Below the pieces are notes generated by a model that searched no databases, was not told the DNA's origin, and saw only the letters and a list, made by a program, of their open reading frames with translations. A DNA stretch of 64,000 nt, taken from NCBI GenBank assembly GCA_947564255.1, contig CANOBV010000001.1, forward strand, positions 5,404 through 69,403, read 5' to 3'. Source of the DNA: an uncultured bacterium. GTDB lineage: Bacteria > Bacillota > Clostridia > Oscillospirales > Oscillospiraceae. Shown here piece by piece: positions 48,891 to 58,942 of the stretch. Numbering within the stretch: the first letter of the stretch is position 1; the number at the start of each line of letters is the position of its first letter. The position numbers and the translations under genes were made by a program.

Positions 48891-50842
48891 GGGGTTTCGC
48901 AGGTGTATGGGAGCCGCGTGACGGTGGATACGCCGTGGGCCCGCGCCCAATCCGACTCCCGGCGGTGGCAGGAGAACAGCAGAATCTGCCGCTCCTCCCC
49001 CAGCTCCTTCAGGAGAGACAGGGCCAGCTCCATTCGCCCGTCGTCGAAAGCGGTGAGGGCGTCGTCCAGCAAAATGGGCGCGCCCGGTACGGTGAGCGCG
49101 CACACCGCCAGCCGGACGGCCAGATAGAGCTGGTCCGCCGTCCCTGCGGACAGGGACAGGACAGACCGGGGCAGGGCCTCCCCCGCCGCCGACGCTTGGG
49201 CGGAGAAATCCCGGGCCAGGGCGAGCCGGTCCCACCGCCCCCCGGTGAGGGCGGCAAACAGCTCCCCGGCCTTTTGGTTCAGCGCGGGGGAGAACCGTTG
49301 GCGCAGCTGGTCGTTGGCCTCGGACAGGGCCTCCAAGGCGGTGGTCAGCGCGTCGTATTCCTCCAAACGCTGGGAAAGCTGTTTGTCCAGCTCGCCTTTG
49401 CGGTCCTCCAGCCGTTCGGGACCTCCCATATGGGCCAGCGCCCCCTCCGCCCGGGCCAGCTCGCCCCGCACCCGGGCCAGTTCCCGCTCCGCCGCGCTGA
49501 GTTGGGCGGCGGTGTCCGCCTTGGACCGGGCTGGGGGATAGAGCATTTCCAGCGTGTCGAACAGCCGCCCCCCCTGGGCGGCTAAATCCTCCACCCGGCG
49601 GCGGGCGGACTCCTCCGCCGCCTTGGCCTGGGCCGCTCCGGCCAGGGACTCCCGGTACTGCGCCGCCTGGTTCAGCCAGTCCGCCCTTTCGGGGACGGGA
49701 ACGGGCGGGACGGCAAGGGTTTCCTTTGCGCAGCGCACCAACTTTTGCCCGTGTAACAGGCAAATGACCCAGGCCAGCGCTGCCGCACCAGCGAACAAAG
49801 CGATCAGCCAGTTGCCGCCCAGCAGTTGAGCGGCAAGCATCAGCAGCGTTGTGGTCCCCAAAGAGACGCCCAACAACGTCTCCATCCGCCCGCGCCGGCG
49901 CTGATTTTCCGCCTCAGTCCGCCGGGCCTCCCGGCGGCGGTTTTCTTCCAATGCGGCCTCCCGCTTATGTTGTTTCTCCTGGGCCAGGGCCCAGGCCTCC
50001 TCCCCGGTCATGGTGCCGAAAATGGGGTGGGGCTTCTCCTCCGGGAGGGCCGCTTGGGCCTCCTCCCACTCCCGGTATGCCTCACCGTAACGGCGGTTCA
50101 GGTCGTGCTTCTCAATCCGCGACCAGACCTCCAAATCAGATTGAAGCTGGCGCTGCTTCTCCTGGAGACGCTCCAGCTCCTGTTCCGCTTTGGCCCTCCG
50201 GCGGCGGGTGTCCTCCATTTCCCGGAGGGAAGCGTCCACCTGGGCCCGTTCCTCCTCCAGCTGAGGGATGAGGCCCACGGCCCGGTTGGCCCGGCGGCGG
50301 TTGCGCCAGTCCTTCAGGGTGCGCTCCACAGAGGAATGGGCCACATCCTCCTCGCCGGAGGTGGCCAGGGCGGCGATGCGGGCCTCCAGCTCCTTGCTCG
50401 CCCCGATGGCCGCGCCCCCCTGTCCCACAAAGGCGGAGCGCAGGTACACCTCTCTGCCCACCCCGGTGAGCTGTTCCCCGGCGTTGGCGGCGGTGAGGCC
50501 GGGAACAGGGTCGCCGGTGGCGGTGTACACTGCCTCGAAGCCGCCGAAAGGACTGCTTTTCGTGGGGGAGCGGCGCAGGGTGATGTCCCGGCCCTCCCAC
50601 TCCAGCTGAGCCTCCCCGGACATGGGAGCGCCGGACCAGGGGAGATAGCGGGTTTTGTCCGCCAGGAATCCGGTTTTGTCCCGCTCCCGGGTGTCAATGC
50701 CGTAGAGCATAGCCCGCCAGAAGCCCGCCCAGGTGGATTTGCCCCCCTCGTTGGGGGCGGAGACGACGGTGAGGCCGGGGCCGGGCTCCAGGACGGCGTT
50801 TTCCAGCGCCCCAAAGGTGGCGGTGAGCTTTTTGATTTTCAT
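48887..50842 (-). CDS. SMC/Rad50-like ATPase, YhaN (SbcE) type
   Basis: Walker A APNEGGKST, coiled coils, signature LSAGTADQLYLAVRLA, Walker B ILLDD, central hydrophobic hairpin. Confidence 0.85.
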   Translation of the reverse strand: MKIKKLTATFGALENAVLEPGPGLTVVSAPNEGGKSTWAGFWRAMLYGIDTRERDKTGFLADKTRYLPWSGAPMSGEAQLEWEGRDITLRRSPTKSSPFGGFEAVYTATGDPVPGLTAANAGEQLTGVGREVYLRSAFVGQGGAAIGASKELEARIAALATSGEEDVAHSSVERTLKDWRNRRRANRAVGLIPQLEEERAQVDASLREMEDTRRRRAKAEQELERLQEKQRQLQSDLEVWSRIEKHDLNRRYGEAYREWEEAQAALPEEKPHPIFGTMTGEEAWALAQEKQHKREAALEENRRREARRTEAENQRRRGRMETLLGVSLGTTTLLMLAAQLLGGNWLIALFAGAAALAWVICLLHGQKLVRCAKETLAVPPVPVPERADWLNQAAQYRESLAGAAQAKAAEESARRRVEDLAAQGGRLFDTLEMLYPPARSKADTAAQLSAAERELARVRGELARAEGALAHMGGPERLEDRKGELDKQLSQRLEEYDALTTALEALSEANDQLRQRFSPALNQKAGELFAALTGGRWDRLALARDFSAQASAAGEALPRSVLSLSAGTADQLYLAVRLAVCALTVPGAPILLDDALTAFDDGRMELALSLLKELGEERQILLFSCHRRESDWARAHGVSTVTRLPYTCETP

Positions 50843-51972
50843 GGCCGGATGTCCTCCCCTGCCTCCAGCGCCGCCAGCCCGAACCGGGCCGCCAGCAGGA
50901 GTTTATCTCGCTCGCTTTCCTCCGCCCCCTCCAAGCGGGACCGCATCTCCCGAAGGAACAGGCCGGTCAACGAATCCTCCCCGGCCCGGGCCCACAGGTC
51001 CTGGGGCAGGGTGGTCTGGTCCCGGAGCTCCACGTGGAAGAAATGAGGAGCCGCCTGGGCGGTGAGGGAAGCCAGGTCCGGGACAATGCGGCTCTCCCCG
51101 GTGAGCAGGAAACGGACCAGGTCCGGACTTTCTTCTTGAGGCATGGCTTCTGTAAAGGAATTCACCTCCACAGACTCGACGCGGTACTGCCGCCGGCAGA
51201 TGGGGATGAATTTTGCGGCCGCCGACTGGATGCCCAGGCCGACGCAGGCCATGGGGGGGCCGTCGGGAGAGGTGACAGCCAGCTGGGCGGGCTCGTCAAA
51301 GGAGACGATGAGGGCCCCCCTGGGCCCCAGCTCGTCAAAGCCCCGGCCCTCGGGACAGCCGGGGTAGGCCCAGAGGGTTTTTCCCGCTTTTCCGCTCCCG
51401 GCGGCGTGGATGTGCCCCAGGGCGGCGTAGCTCACCCCGCTGTCCTCCAGGGATTTGGGGTCGATGGGGGCGTAGTTCCCCGCAGAACTTACCTCCCCGT
51501 GGAGGCACAGCAGGTGGATCTTCCCGTCGTCGGGGGCGGTAAAGCCCAGAAGCGGGTCGTCCTCTCGGTGGGGGGCTGTAAAGGCGCAGCCGTGTACAGT
51601 GCAATTGAGCTGTGGGAGCTCAAACGCCTGTAATTCGGGCTGTGTAAAGATATGTACATTGTCAGGCCAGCAGGCGGCGGCATAGGGCGATTTTTCGTGG
51701 AAATAGTCGTGGTTGCCCGGGGCGATGAACACCGGGACCGCCATCTCCTCCAGGGCCTGGGTCAGCGCCCGGACAGTTTCGGGGTATATCCGGCTCCCAT
51801 CCAACAGGTCTCCGGAGAGAAGGACCAGGTCCGCCCCTTCGCTCTTTGCCAGCGCGGCCAGACGGGCCGGGATCTCCCGCAGCTCCCGGCGGCGCTGGGC
51901 GCTTTGCTCCGGGGGCAGGCCGGACAGGGGGGAGTCCAGGTGAAAATCTGCGGCGTGAAGCAGTTTCATCAT
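50839..51972 (-). CDS. Mre11/SbcD-like metallophosphoesterase (YhaO type)
   Basis: LHAADFHLD, SGDLLD, PGNHD, LHG, ALGHIH, YPGCPEGRGFDE. Confidence 0.88.
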   Translation of the reverse strand: MMKLLHAADFHLDSPLSGLPPEQSAQRRRELREIPARLAALAKSEGADLVLLSGDLLDGSRIYPETVRALTQALEEMAVPVFIAPGNHDYFHEKSPYAAACWPDNVHIFTQPELQAFELPQLNCTVHGCAFTAPHREDDPLLGFTAPDDGKIHLLCLHGEVSSAGNYAPIDPKSLEDSGVSYAALGHIHAAGSGKAGKTLWAYPGCPEGRGFDELGPRGALIVSFDEPAQLAVTSPDGPPMACVGLGIQSAAAKFIPICRRQYRVESVEVNSFTEAMPQEESPDLVRFLLTGESRIVPDLASLTAQAAPHFFHVELRDQTTLPQDLWARAGEDSLTGLFLREMRSRLEGAEESERDKLLLAARFGLAALEAGEDIRP

Positions 51973-52745
51973 GATACGTCCACCCGCTCCACGGAGACGC
52001 ACCGCCTGGCGGCGGCGTCGAGCTCGAACAGCACCGCGTTCAGCTTGCAGGGGCCAGGGGCGGGTTCAAACCGGCGGGGCAGGCCGCCCAGGAAGCGGTT
52101 GATGGCCTGCTCCGGTTTGATCCCGATGACCGACTGGCTGGGGCCGGTCATGCCCAGGTCGGTGACGAAGCCCAGGCCCTGGGGGAGCACCTGGCAGTCG
52201 GCGGTGGGCACGTGGGTGTGGGTGCCCCAGAGGGCCTGGGCCCGGCCGTCCAGATGCCAGGCCATGGCCCCCTTCTCGCTGGTGGCCTCGGCGTGAAAGT
52301 CCACCAGAGTCAGGTCGGCGGCGTCCCGCTTTAAGATCGCGTCAATCCTGGTGAAGGGGTTGTCAAAGTTGGTGTCCATGGCCACCCGGCCGATGAGGTC
52401 CACCACCCGGATGCGCAGCCCCCGTGGACCGTCGAAGATGCCCCAGCCCCGGCCGGGGGCCCGGGCGGTGTAGTTGGCGGGGCGGATGATATAGGGATTG
52501 CCCTCCATATACTTAACGATTTGTTGTTTATCCCATGTGTGATTGCCCATTGTTATCACGTCCGCCCCGGCGGCAAAGATGGCGTCCGCCTGGGCCGGGA
52601 GCAGGCCGTTGCAGGCGGCGTTTTCCCCGCACACCACGGTGAAATGGACGTCGTGGAGCTTGCGCAGAGCGGGCAGGTGCCGGGAGAGAAAATCCACCCC
52701 GGAATCTCCCACCACGTCGCCCACGGCCAATACATGGATGTTCAT
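51969..52745 (-). CDS. ymdB: YmdB family metallophosphoesterase (TIGR00282)
   Basis: GDVVG, GENAA, TMGNHTWD, RPANY, DFHAEATSEK, GTHTHVPTAD, TDLGMTG. Confidence 0.9.
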   Translation of the reverse strand: MNIHVLAVGDVVGDSGVDFLSRHLPALRKLHDVHFTVVCGENAACNGLLPAQADAIFAAGADVITMGNHTWDKQQIVKYMEGNPYIIRPANYTARAPGRGWGIFDGPRGLRIRVVDLIGRVAMDTNFDNPFTRIDAILKRDAADLTLVDFHAEATSEKGAMAWHLDGRAQALWGTHTHVPTADCQVLPQGLGFVTDLGMTGPSQSVIGIKPEQAINRFLGGLPRRFEPAPGPCKLNAVLFELDAAARRCVSVERVDVS

Positions 52746-52804
52746 CAAAATTCCTCCAAACAAAAGGGGCGGACGGTCTGCCGTCCGCCCTGTCCCAAAT
52801 TCCG

Positions 52805-53989
52805 TCAGGCCGTCCCCTCCACCAGCATGAGGCAGCCGTCCTTGTCGTACTTCAAAAGCTGGATCTCCGCCTTGGTGTTTCGGGCGATGTCCCGCATTTT
52901 CACCGACTCCGTCACCGAGGCCATCAGCGTGTAGGACACGCCATGCTTTTTCGCCCGCCCCGTCCGGCCGATGCGGTGGATATAGTACTCCTGCTCGTCG
53001 GGCACGTCGTAGTTGAACACCGCGTCCACGTCGTCGATGTCCAGCCCCCGGGCGGCCACGTCGGTGGCCACCAGCACCCGGAGCCTGCCGTCCTTGAATT
53101 TTTGCAGGGTGCGCTCCCGCTCCCGCTGGGGGATGTCGCCGTGGATGGCCTCGCAGGAGATGCCCCGCATTTTCAGCAGCCCCGCCAGCCGGTCGGTCAT
53201 GTTTTTGGTGTTGCAGAAGGCGATGGCCCGGTCATAGCCCCCATTCTGCACCAGGGCCACCATGGTGTCCAGCTTCTGCTCCCGGCCCATGAGCTCGATG
53301 GCGTACTGCTGGATGTCCGGGCGGTTTTCCTCCACCGGACGGACGGTGATCTCCGCCGGGTCCCGCTGGTACACCCAGGAGATGTCCATAACTTCCCGTG
53401 ATATTGTGGCGGAAAATAACCCCAAGTTGCGGCGATGGGGCATCTTGTCCAAAATCCGGGTCACGTCCTGGATGAAGCCCATGTCCAGCATTCGGTCCGC
53501 CTCGTCCAGCACCACGGTCTGGACCTTGTCCAGCTTGACGGTGCGGCGCTTCATGTGGTCCATCAGCCGCCCCGGGGTGGCCACCACGATCTGGGGCTTG
53601 GCCTTGAGCTGGGTGATCTGCTTCTCGATGGGCTGGCCGCCGTAGAGGCACACGGTGCGCACCCCCTCCCGGAAAGTGCACAGGTCCCGCAGCTCGTCCC
53701 GGATCTGGATGGCCAGCTCCCGGGTGGGGGCCAGGATCAGGGCCTGAACGTCGCTGGAATCCGGGTCCACATGCTCCACCATGGGGATGCCGAAGGCGAA
53801 GGTCTTGCCGGTGCCGGTGGGGGCCTTGGCCACCACGTCCTTCCAGTCCATAAAGTAGGGGATGGCCCCGCCCTGGATGGGGGTGGCCTGGGTGAAGCCC
53901 TTCTTGTCCAGGGCCTTCATGGTGGCCTCAGACAGGCCCATGTCCTTATAATAATAAGTCTCCTGTACTTGCGCGCCGTTGATTTCCAT
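52805..53989 (-). CDS. DEAD-box RNA helicase (core domains only)
   Basis: Q motif TPIQ, APTGTGKT, PTRELA, TPGR, DEAD, SAT, ARGLD, HRIGRTGR. Confidence 0.93.
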   Translation of the reverse strand: MEINGAQVQETYYYKDMGLSEATMKALDKKGFTQATPIQGGAIPYFMDWKDVVAKAPTGTGKTFAFGIPMVEHVDPDSSDVQALILAPTRELAIQIRDELRDLCTFREGVRTVCLYGGQPIEKQITQLKAKPQIVVATPGRLMDHMKRRTVKLDKVQTVVLDEADRMLDMGFIQDVTRILDKMPHRRNLGLFSATISREVMDISWVYQRDPAEITVRPVEENRPDIQQYAIELMGREQKLDTMVALVQNGGYDRAIAFCNTKNMTDRLAGLLKMRGISCEAIHGDIPQRERERTLQKFKDGRLRVLVATDVAARGLDIDDVDAVFNYDVPDEQEYYIHRIGRTGRAKKHGVSYTLMASVTESVKMRDIARNTKAEIQLLKYDKDGCLMLVEGTA

Positions 53990-54061
53990 ACAGCCGTTCC
54001 TCTCATGGTTAAAATCATTCTTTTTCTTGAAAAAAGGTAGGCCCTTGACCTTTTACAAGCT

Positions 54062-54505
54062 TTACGGACAGGCCGACGGTTCACTGGTGTTCTGCCGCCG
54101 GTTCTGCCGCTCCACCAGGTCGGCCAGGGTGGTGTGGTCCACCACCGCCGACACCGCCCTGTGTATGTCCTGCCACAGCTCCACTGTGACGCAGTCGCAG
54201 CTGTGTTCGCAGTAGCCGCCGTCGGTGGCGCACTCCACCGGGGCCAGATCCCCCTCCAGGGGGCGGAGGATGTCGCCCACGGTATACTCCTCCGGCTTCC
54301 GGGTGAGGAGGTAGCCCCCTCCGGCCCCGCGCACGGAACGCACCAGCCCCGCCCTTGCCAGGGGGGTGACGATCTGCTCCAGGTATTTGTCGCTGAGCTG
54401 CTGCCGCCGGGCGGCGTCCCGCAGGGACACCGGGCCGGCCTGGACGTGCTGGGCGATATCCACCATCAGCCGGAGGGCATACCGCCCTTTTGTGGAAATT
54501 TTCAT
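54062..54505 (-). CDS. Rrf2 family regulator (IscR/CymR-like, Cys-containing)
   Basis: MKISTKGRYALR, YLEQI, SVRGAGGGY, VECATDGGYCEHSCDC. Confidence 0.9.
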   Translation of the reverse strand: MKISTKGRYALRLMVDIAQHVQAGPVSLRDAARRQQLSDKYLEQIVTPLARAGLVRSVRGAGGGYLLTRKPEEYTVGDILRPLEGDLAPVECATDGGYCEHSCDCVTVELWQDIHRAVSAVVDHTTLADLVERQNRRQNTSEPSACP

Positions 54506-54619
54506 GGGGGTTCCCTCCTTTCATCCGTATTAAAATAGCACAAATTCAGTAGGAATTCAAGGGCAAATGGCTTTGTTAAGATTTTGGCAATATTTGTGCA
54601 GATTTCAGCACATTTTCCC

Positions 54620-54647
54620 TTGCGTTTGAACGGGGACGTGGTATAAT
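54620..54647 (+). promoter_or_regulatory. sigma-A promoter of the rnf operon
   Basis: TTGCGT-16 bp-TATAAT with TG extended -10. Confidence 0.6.
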
Positions 54648-54772
54648 GTTTCTACATGATTTGGCGAAGCCCGTCTTTCCGCGTTCAGGCGGGAACGCCG
54701 TCTGTCCGCCCGTGCCTGGGCCTGCCCGGCGGCGGAGCGGGAAATTAGAAATAACCCAGAGGAGGAGACATT

Positions 54773-56125
54773 GTGTTCAGTGGCAAATTGCATGGCATCC
54801 ATGCGCCCCACAGGAAAAACACGGTGGACCGCGTCCCCGTGCGCCTGCCGGTGCCTCCGGTGATCACGGTGCCCATGTCCATGAACATCGGCGCCCCGGC
54901 CAAGCCCGTGGTCAAGCCGGGGGACGAGGTGAAGGTGGGCCAGATGATCGCCGAGGCCGGGGGCTTCATGTCCGCCCCCATCTACTCCGGCGTGTCCGGC
55001 AAGGTGAAGCGCCTGGATGAGATTGTCAGTTCCAACGGCCGGTTTGACACCGTCGTGGTCATCGAGACCGACGGCCAGCAGACCGTGTGGGAGGGCGTCA
55101 AGCCCCCCGTGGTCACCGACAAGGACAGCTTTGTGGAGGCGGTGCGCCAGTGCGGCTGCGTGGGCCTGGGCGGCGCGGGCTTCCCCACGTCCGTCAAGCT
55201 CAACGTGGACCCGGACCGGGTGCACGCCATCATCATCAACGGCGCGGAGTGCGAGCCCTACATCACCTCCGACACCCGGACCATGATCGACAGCGCCGAC
55301 GATGTGATCTACGGCGCCCAGCTGCTCCAGAAGTACTACACCGCCGACCGCATCGTCATCGGCATTGAGGACAACAAGCCCCAGTGTGTGAAGATCATGG
55401 AGGAGGCGGGCAAGGGCGTGCCCGGCTTCGAGGTGGCGGCGCTGCCCGCCCTGTACCCCCAGGGCGGCGAGAAGGTGCTCATCTACAACACCACCGGCGA
55501 AATCGTCCCCGAGGGCAAGCTGCCCATCGACGTGGGGGCCATCGTCATCAACTGCACCACCCTGGCCGTCATCGCCAAGTACATTAAGACCGGCATGCCT
55601 CTGGTGGAAAAGGTGGTCACCGTGGACGGCTCCGCCATCGCCAACCCCCAGAACGTCATCGTCCCCGTGGGCACCCCCATCCAGAACGTGCTGGACTTCG
55701 CCGGCCTCAAGTGCGAGCCCAAAAAGGTGCTCTACGGCGGCCCCATGATGGGCACATCCGTCCCCAGCCTGGAGGCCCCGGTGATGAAGAACACCAACGC
55801 CATCCTGGCCTTCGACGCCAAGGACGCCGAGGACCCGGTGCCCTCCGCCTGCATCCGCTGCGGCCGGTGCGTGGCCCACTGCCCCTTCAACCTGATGCCC
55901 GCCGCCATCGAGAGCGCCTATAACAACAAGGAGCCTGAGACCCTCAAGGCCCTGAAGGTGAATTTGTGCATGGAGTGCGGCTGCTGTTCCTTCAGCTGCC
56001 CCGCCCGCCGGCCCCTGGTTCAGGTGAACAAGCTGGCCAAGGCCATGCTGAACCAGTACAACGCCGAGCAGAAGGCCGCCGCCGAGAAGAAAGCGGCCAA
56101 GGAAAAAGAAAAGGAGGCGGTCTAA
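54773..56125 (+). CDS. rnfC: Rnf complex subunit C
   Basis: GLGGAGFPT, INGAECEPY, YPQGGEK, GGPMMG, two 4Fe-4S motifs. Confidence 0.95.
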   Translation: MFSGKLHGIHAPHRKNTVDRVPVRLPVPPVITVPMSMNIGAPAKPVVKPGDEVKVGQMIAEAGGFMSAPIYSGVSGKVKRLDEIVSSNGRFDTVVVIETDGQQTVWEGVKPPVVTDKDSFVEAVRQCGCVGLGGAGFPTSVKLNVDPDRVHAIIINGAECEPYITSDTRTMIDSADDVIYGAQLLQKYYTADRIVIGIEDNKPQCVKIMEEAGKGVPGFEVAALPALYPQGGEKVLIYNTTGEIVPEGKLPIDVGAIVINCTTLAVIAKYIKTGMPLVEKVVTVDGSAIANPQNVIVPVGTPIQNVLDFAGLKCEPKKVLYGGPMMGTSVPSLEAPVMKNTNAILAFDAKDAEDPVPSACIRCGRCVAHCPFNLMPAAIESAYNNKEPETLKALKVNLCMECGCCSFSCPARRPLVQVNKLAKAMLNQYNAEQKAAAEKKAAKEKEKEAV

Positions 56126-57061
56126 ATGAACAACATGATCGTTTCCGTCAACCCCCACATCTACGCCAAGGACACCACCCAAACCATCATGCGGGACGTG
56201 CTCATCGCCCTGTTCCCCGCCGTCATCGCGTCCATCGTGTTCTTCGGCGTCCGGGCCCTGCTGGTGGAGGTGGTGTGCGTGGCGGTGGCCATGGGCTGCG
56301 AGTGGGCCTTTGAGAAAATCACCAACAAGCCCGTCACCGTCACCGACCTGTCCGCCGCCGTCACCGGCCTCATCCTGGCCCTGAACCTGCCCGCGTCCAT
56401 CCCCCTCTGGCAGGCCATGTTCGGCTCCTTCGTGGCCATCATCGTGGTGAAGCAGTTCTTCGGCGGCATCGGCCAGAACTTCGCCAACCCCGCCATCACC
56501 GCCCGTGTGATTATGCTGGTGGCCTTCTCCGGGGCCATGACCAACTGGCTCCCCGCCGCCTTCTCCAACGCCCCGGCGGACGCCGTCACTGCCGCCACTC
56601 CCCTGGCCATCATCGCCAGCGGCGAGGGCGAGCTGCCCTCCCTGCTCCAGATGTTCATCGGCGCCCGGGGCGGTTCCCTGGGCGAGACCTCCTGCCTGGC
56701 TCTGCTGCTGGGCGGGCTGTACCTCATCTACCGCCGGGTGATTACCTGGCACACCCCCGCGGCCTTCATCGGCACCGTGCTGGTGCTCACCGCCCTGCTG
56801 GGCCAGCAGCCCCTGTACCAGGTCATGGCGGGCGGATTGTTCATCGGCGCGTTCTTCATGGCCACCGACTACACCACCTCACCCCCCACCCACGCCGGGA
56901 AGCTCATCTTCGGCGTGGGCTGCGGCCTCATCACCGTGCTCATCCGGGTGTGGGGCAACTACCCCGAGGGCGTGTCCTTCTCCATCCTGCTGATGAACAT
57001 CCTGAATCCCTACATCTGTGACTGGACCCGTACCAAGCCGTTTGGAGGTGTGCAGGCATGA
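56126..57061 (+). CDS. rnfD: Rnf complex subunit D
   Basis: KQFFGGIGQNFANPA, DAVTAATPL (FMN-Thr), GSLGETS, FFMATDY, YPEGVSF. Confidence 0.94.
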   Translation: MNNMIVSVNPHIYAKDTTQTIMRDVLIALFPAVIASIVFFGVRALLVEVVCVAVAMGCEWAFEKITNKPVTVTDLSAAVTGLILALNLPASIPLWQAMFGSFVAIIVVKQFFGGIGQNFANPAITARVIMLVAFSGAMTNWLPAAFSNAPADAVTAATPLAIIASGEGELPSLLQMFIGARGGSLGETSCLALLLGGLYLIYRRVITWHTPAAFIGTVLVLTALLGQQPLYQVMAGGLFIGAFFMATDYTTSPPTHAGKLIFGVGCGLITVLIRVWGNYPEGVSFSILLMNILNPYICDWTRTKPFGGVQA

Positions 57062-57606
57062 CGAAAGCAAAATCCAACGCGATGACCGATTTCGGGGCCC
57101 CCATCCTGGTGCTGGTTCTGATCTGCGTCATTATGAGCGGCCTGCTGGCCCTGACCAACAAGGCCACCGCCCCCATCATCGCCGCCGCCGAGGCCAAAGC
57201 CAACGAGGAGGCCCGGCTGGAGGTCCTGCCCAGCGCGGACAGCTTCGAGCAGGTGGAGATCGCCGGCGTGCCCGACTCCATCACCGGGGTCTTCCAGGCC
57301 AGCAACGGCGCGGGCTTTACCTTCTCCATCACCACCCAGGGCTACGGCGGCAAGAACACCCTGAAAATGGCCGTGGGCATTGACATGGACGGCAGGATCA
57401 CCGGCGTGAAGGTGCTCAGCCATAAGGAGACCGCCGGCCTGGGCTCCAAGATCACCAGCGACGAGAATTTCTACGGCCAATTCCCCGGGCTGGACGCCGC
57501 CGGGGCCGCCGCCGCCGACACCATCTCCGGCGCGACCTTCTCCTCCAACTACTACAAAGCCGCCATCGCCGACGCGTTCACCGCGTTCGAGCAGGTGAAG
57601 GGCTGA
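57058..57606 (+). CDS. rnfG: Rnf complex subunit G
   Basis: N-terminal TM helix, GYGG, ETAGLG, DTISGAT flavinylation motif. Confidence 0.92.
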   Translation: MTKAKSNAMTDFGAPILVLVLICVIMSGLLALTNKATAPIIAAAEAKANEEARLEVLPSADSFEQVEIAGVPDSITGVFQASNGAGFTFSITTQGYGGKNTLKMAVGIDMDGRITGVKVLSHKETAGLGSKITSDENFYGQFPGLDAAGAAAADTISGATFSSNYYKAAIADAFTAFEQVKG

Positions 57607-57619
57607 GGAAGGGAGGCAC

Positions 57620-58318
57620 ATGGATATGAAAAACAACAAGCTGAAAATCCTGACCAACGGCATCATCAAGGAGAACCCCATCCTGGTGCTGATTCTGGGC
57701 ACCTGCCCCTTCCTGGCGGTCACCACCCAGGCGTCCAACGCCATCGGCATGGGCGCGGCGGTCACCTTTGTGCTGCTGTGCTCCAACGTGATGATCTCTC
57801 TGCTGCGCAAGGTCATCTCCGACAAGGTGCGCATCCCCTGCTATATCGTGGTCATCGCCTCCTTCGTCACCCTGGTGCAGATGATCGTCAAGGCCTACGC
57901 CAAGAGCCTGGACGACGCCTTGGGCCTGTACCTGCCCCTCATCGTAGTCAACTGCATCATCCTGGGCCGGGCGGAGATGTTCGCCAACAAAAACGGCGCG
58001 CTGGACTCTGCCCTGGACGCCATCGGCATGGGCGTGGGCTACACCCTGGCCATGCTGGCCATGGCCTCCATCCGGGAGATCTTCGGCGCGGGCACCTGGT
58101 TCGGCATCCCCGTCCCCGTGCTTAAAGACAACAACATCTCCATCATGACCATGGCCCCCGGCGGCTTCGCCATCTTCGGCATTCTCATCGCCATCATCAA
58201 CAAGGCCAGCAACGGCAAGGCCATCAAGAAAAAGGACTTCAGCTGTGAGGGCTGCCCCAGCGCCGCCGCGTGCAACGGGCAGAACTGCGCTGAGAAGAGG
58301 GAGGCTGCCGCGAAATGA
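57620..58318 (+). CDS. rnfE: Rnf complex subunit E
   Basis: ENPILVLILGTCP, VRIP, LIVVNCIILGRAE, IREIFGAG. Confidence 0.94.
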   Translation: MDMKNNKLKILTNGIIKENPILVLILGTCPFLAVTTQASNAIGMGAAVTFVLLCSNVMISLLRKVISDKVRIPCYIVVIASFVTLVQMIVKAYAKSLDDALGLYLPLIVVNCIILGRAEMFANKNGALDSALDAIGMGVGYTLAMLAMASIREIFGAGTWFGIPVPVLKDNNISIMTMAPGGFAIFGILIAIINKASNGKAIKKKDFSCEGCPSAAACNGQNCAEKREAAAK

Positions 58319-58929
58319 AAGAACTCATTGCCATCGTCATGGCGGCCATCCTGGTGAACAACTACGTGCTGGCCCAATTCCTGGGCATCTGCCCCTTCCT
58401 GGGGGTGTCCAAGAAGCTGGACCAGGCCGCCGGGATGAGCGTGGCCGTCATCTTCGTGATGCTGCTGGCCACCGCCGTCACCTACCCCATCCAGTTCTTC
58501 GTGCTCAACCCCAACGGGCTGGGCTATCTCCAGACCATCGTGTTCATCCTGGTCATCGCCGCCCTGGTGCAGCTGGTGGAGATCATCCTCAAGAAGTACA
58601 TCCCCGCCCTCCACGCCTCCCTGGGCGTATACCTGCCCCTGATCACCACCAACTGCGCGGTGCTGGGCGTGTGCATCAGCAACGTGGACAACTACATGAC
58701 CGCCACCGGCGGCTTCGGCGGCGGCTTCGTCCAGGCCATGTTCAACTCCCTGGGCTCCGGCCTGGGCTTCCTGCTGGCCATGGTGCTGTTCTCCGGCGTG
58801 CGCAGCCGGGTGGACAAGTGCAAGTGCCCCGAGTGCTTCAAGGGGATGCCCATCACCCTGATCTCCGCGGCCATCGTGTCCGTGTCCTTCATGGGCTTCG
58901 CGGGCATCGTGGAAAACCTGCTGGGTTAA
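58315..58929 (+). CDS. rnfA: Rnf complex subunit A
   Basis: NNYVLAQFLGICPFLGVS, LGVYLPLITTNCAVLG. Confidence 0.94.
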   Translation: MKELIAIVMAAILVNNYVLAQFLGICPFLGVSKKLDQAAGMSVAVIFVMLLATAVTYPIQFFVLNPNGLGYLQTIVFILVIAALVQLVEIILKKYIPALHASLGVYLPLITTNCAVLGVCISNVDNYMTATGGFGGGFVQAMFNSLGSGLGFLLAMVLFSGVRSRVDKCKCPECFKGMPITLISAAIVSVSFMGFAGIVENLLG

Positions 58930-58942
58930 GGAGGGAGCGACT

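Noticed and set aside
48887-51972. SMC plus nuclease pair as a Wadjet or Lamassu defence system
   Set aside because: No kleisin/KITE or effector partners; motifs and native codon usage fit housekeeping YhaO/YhaN.
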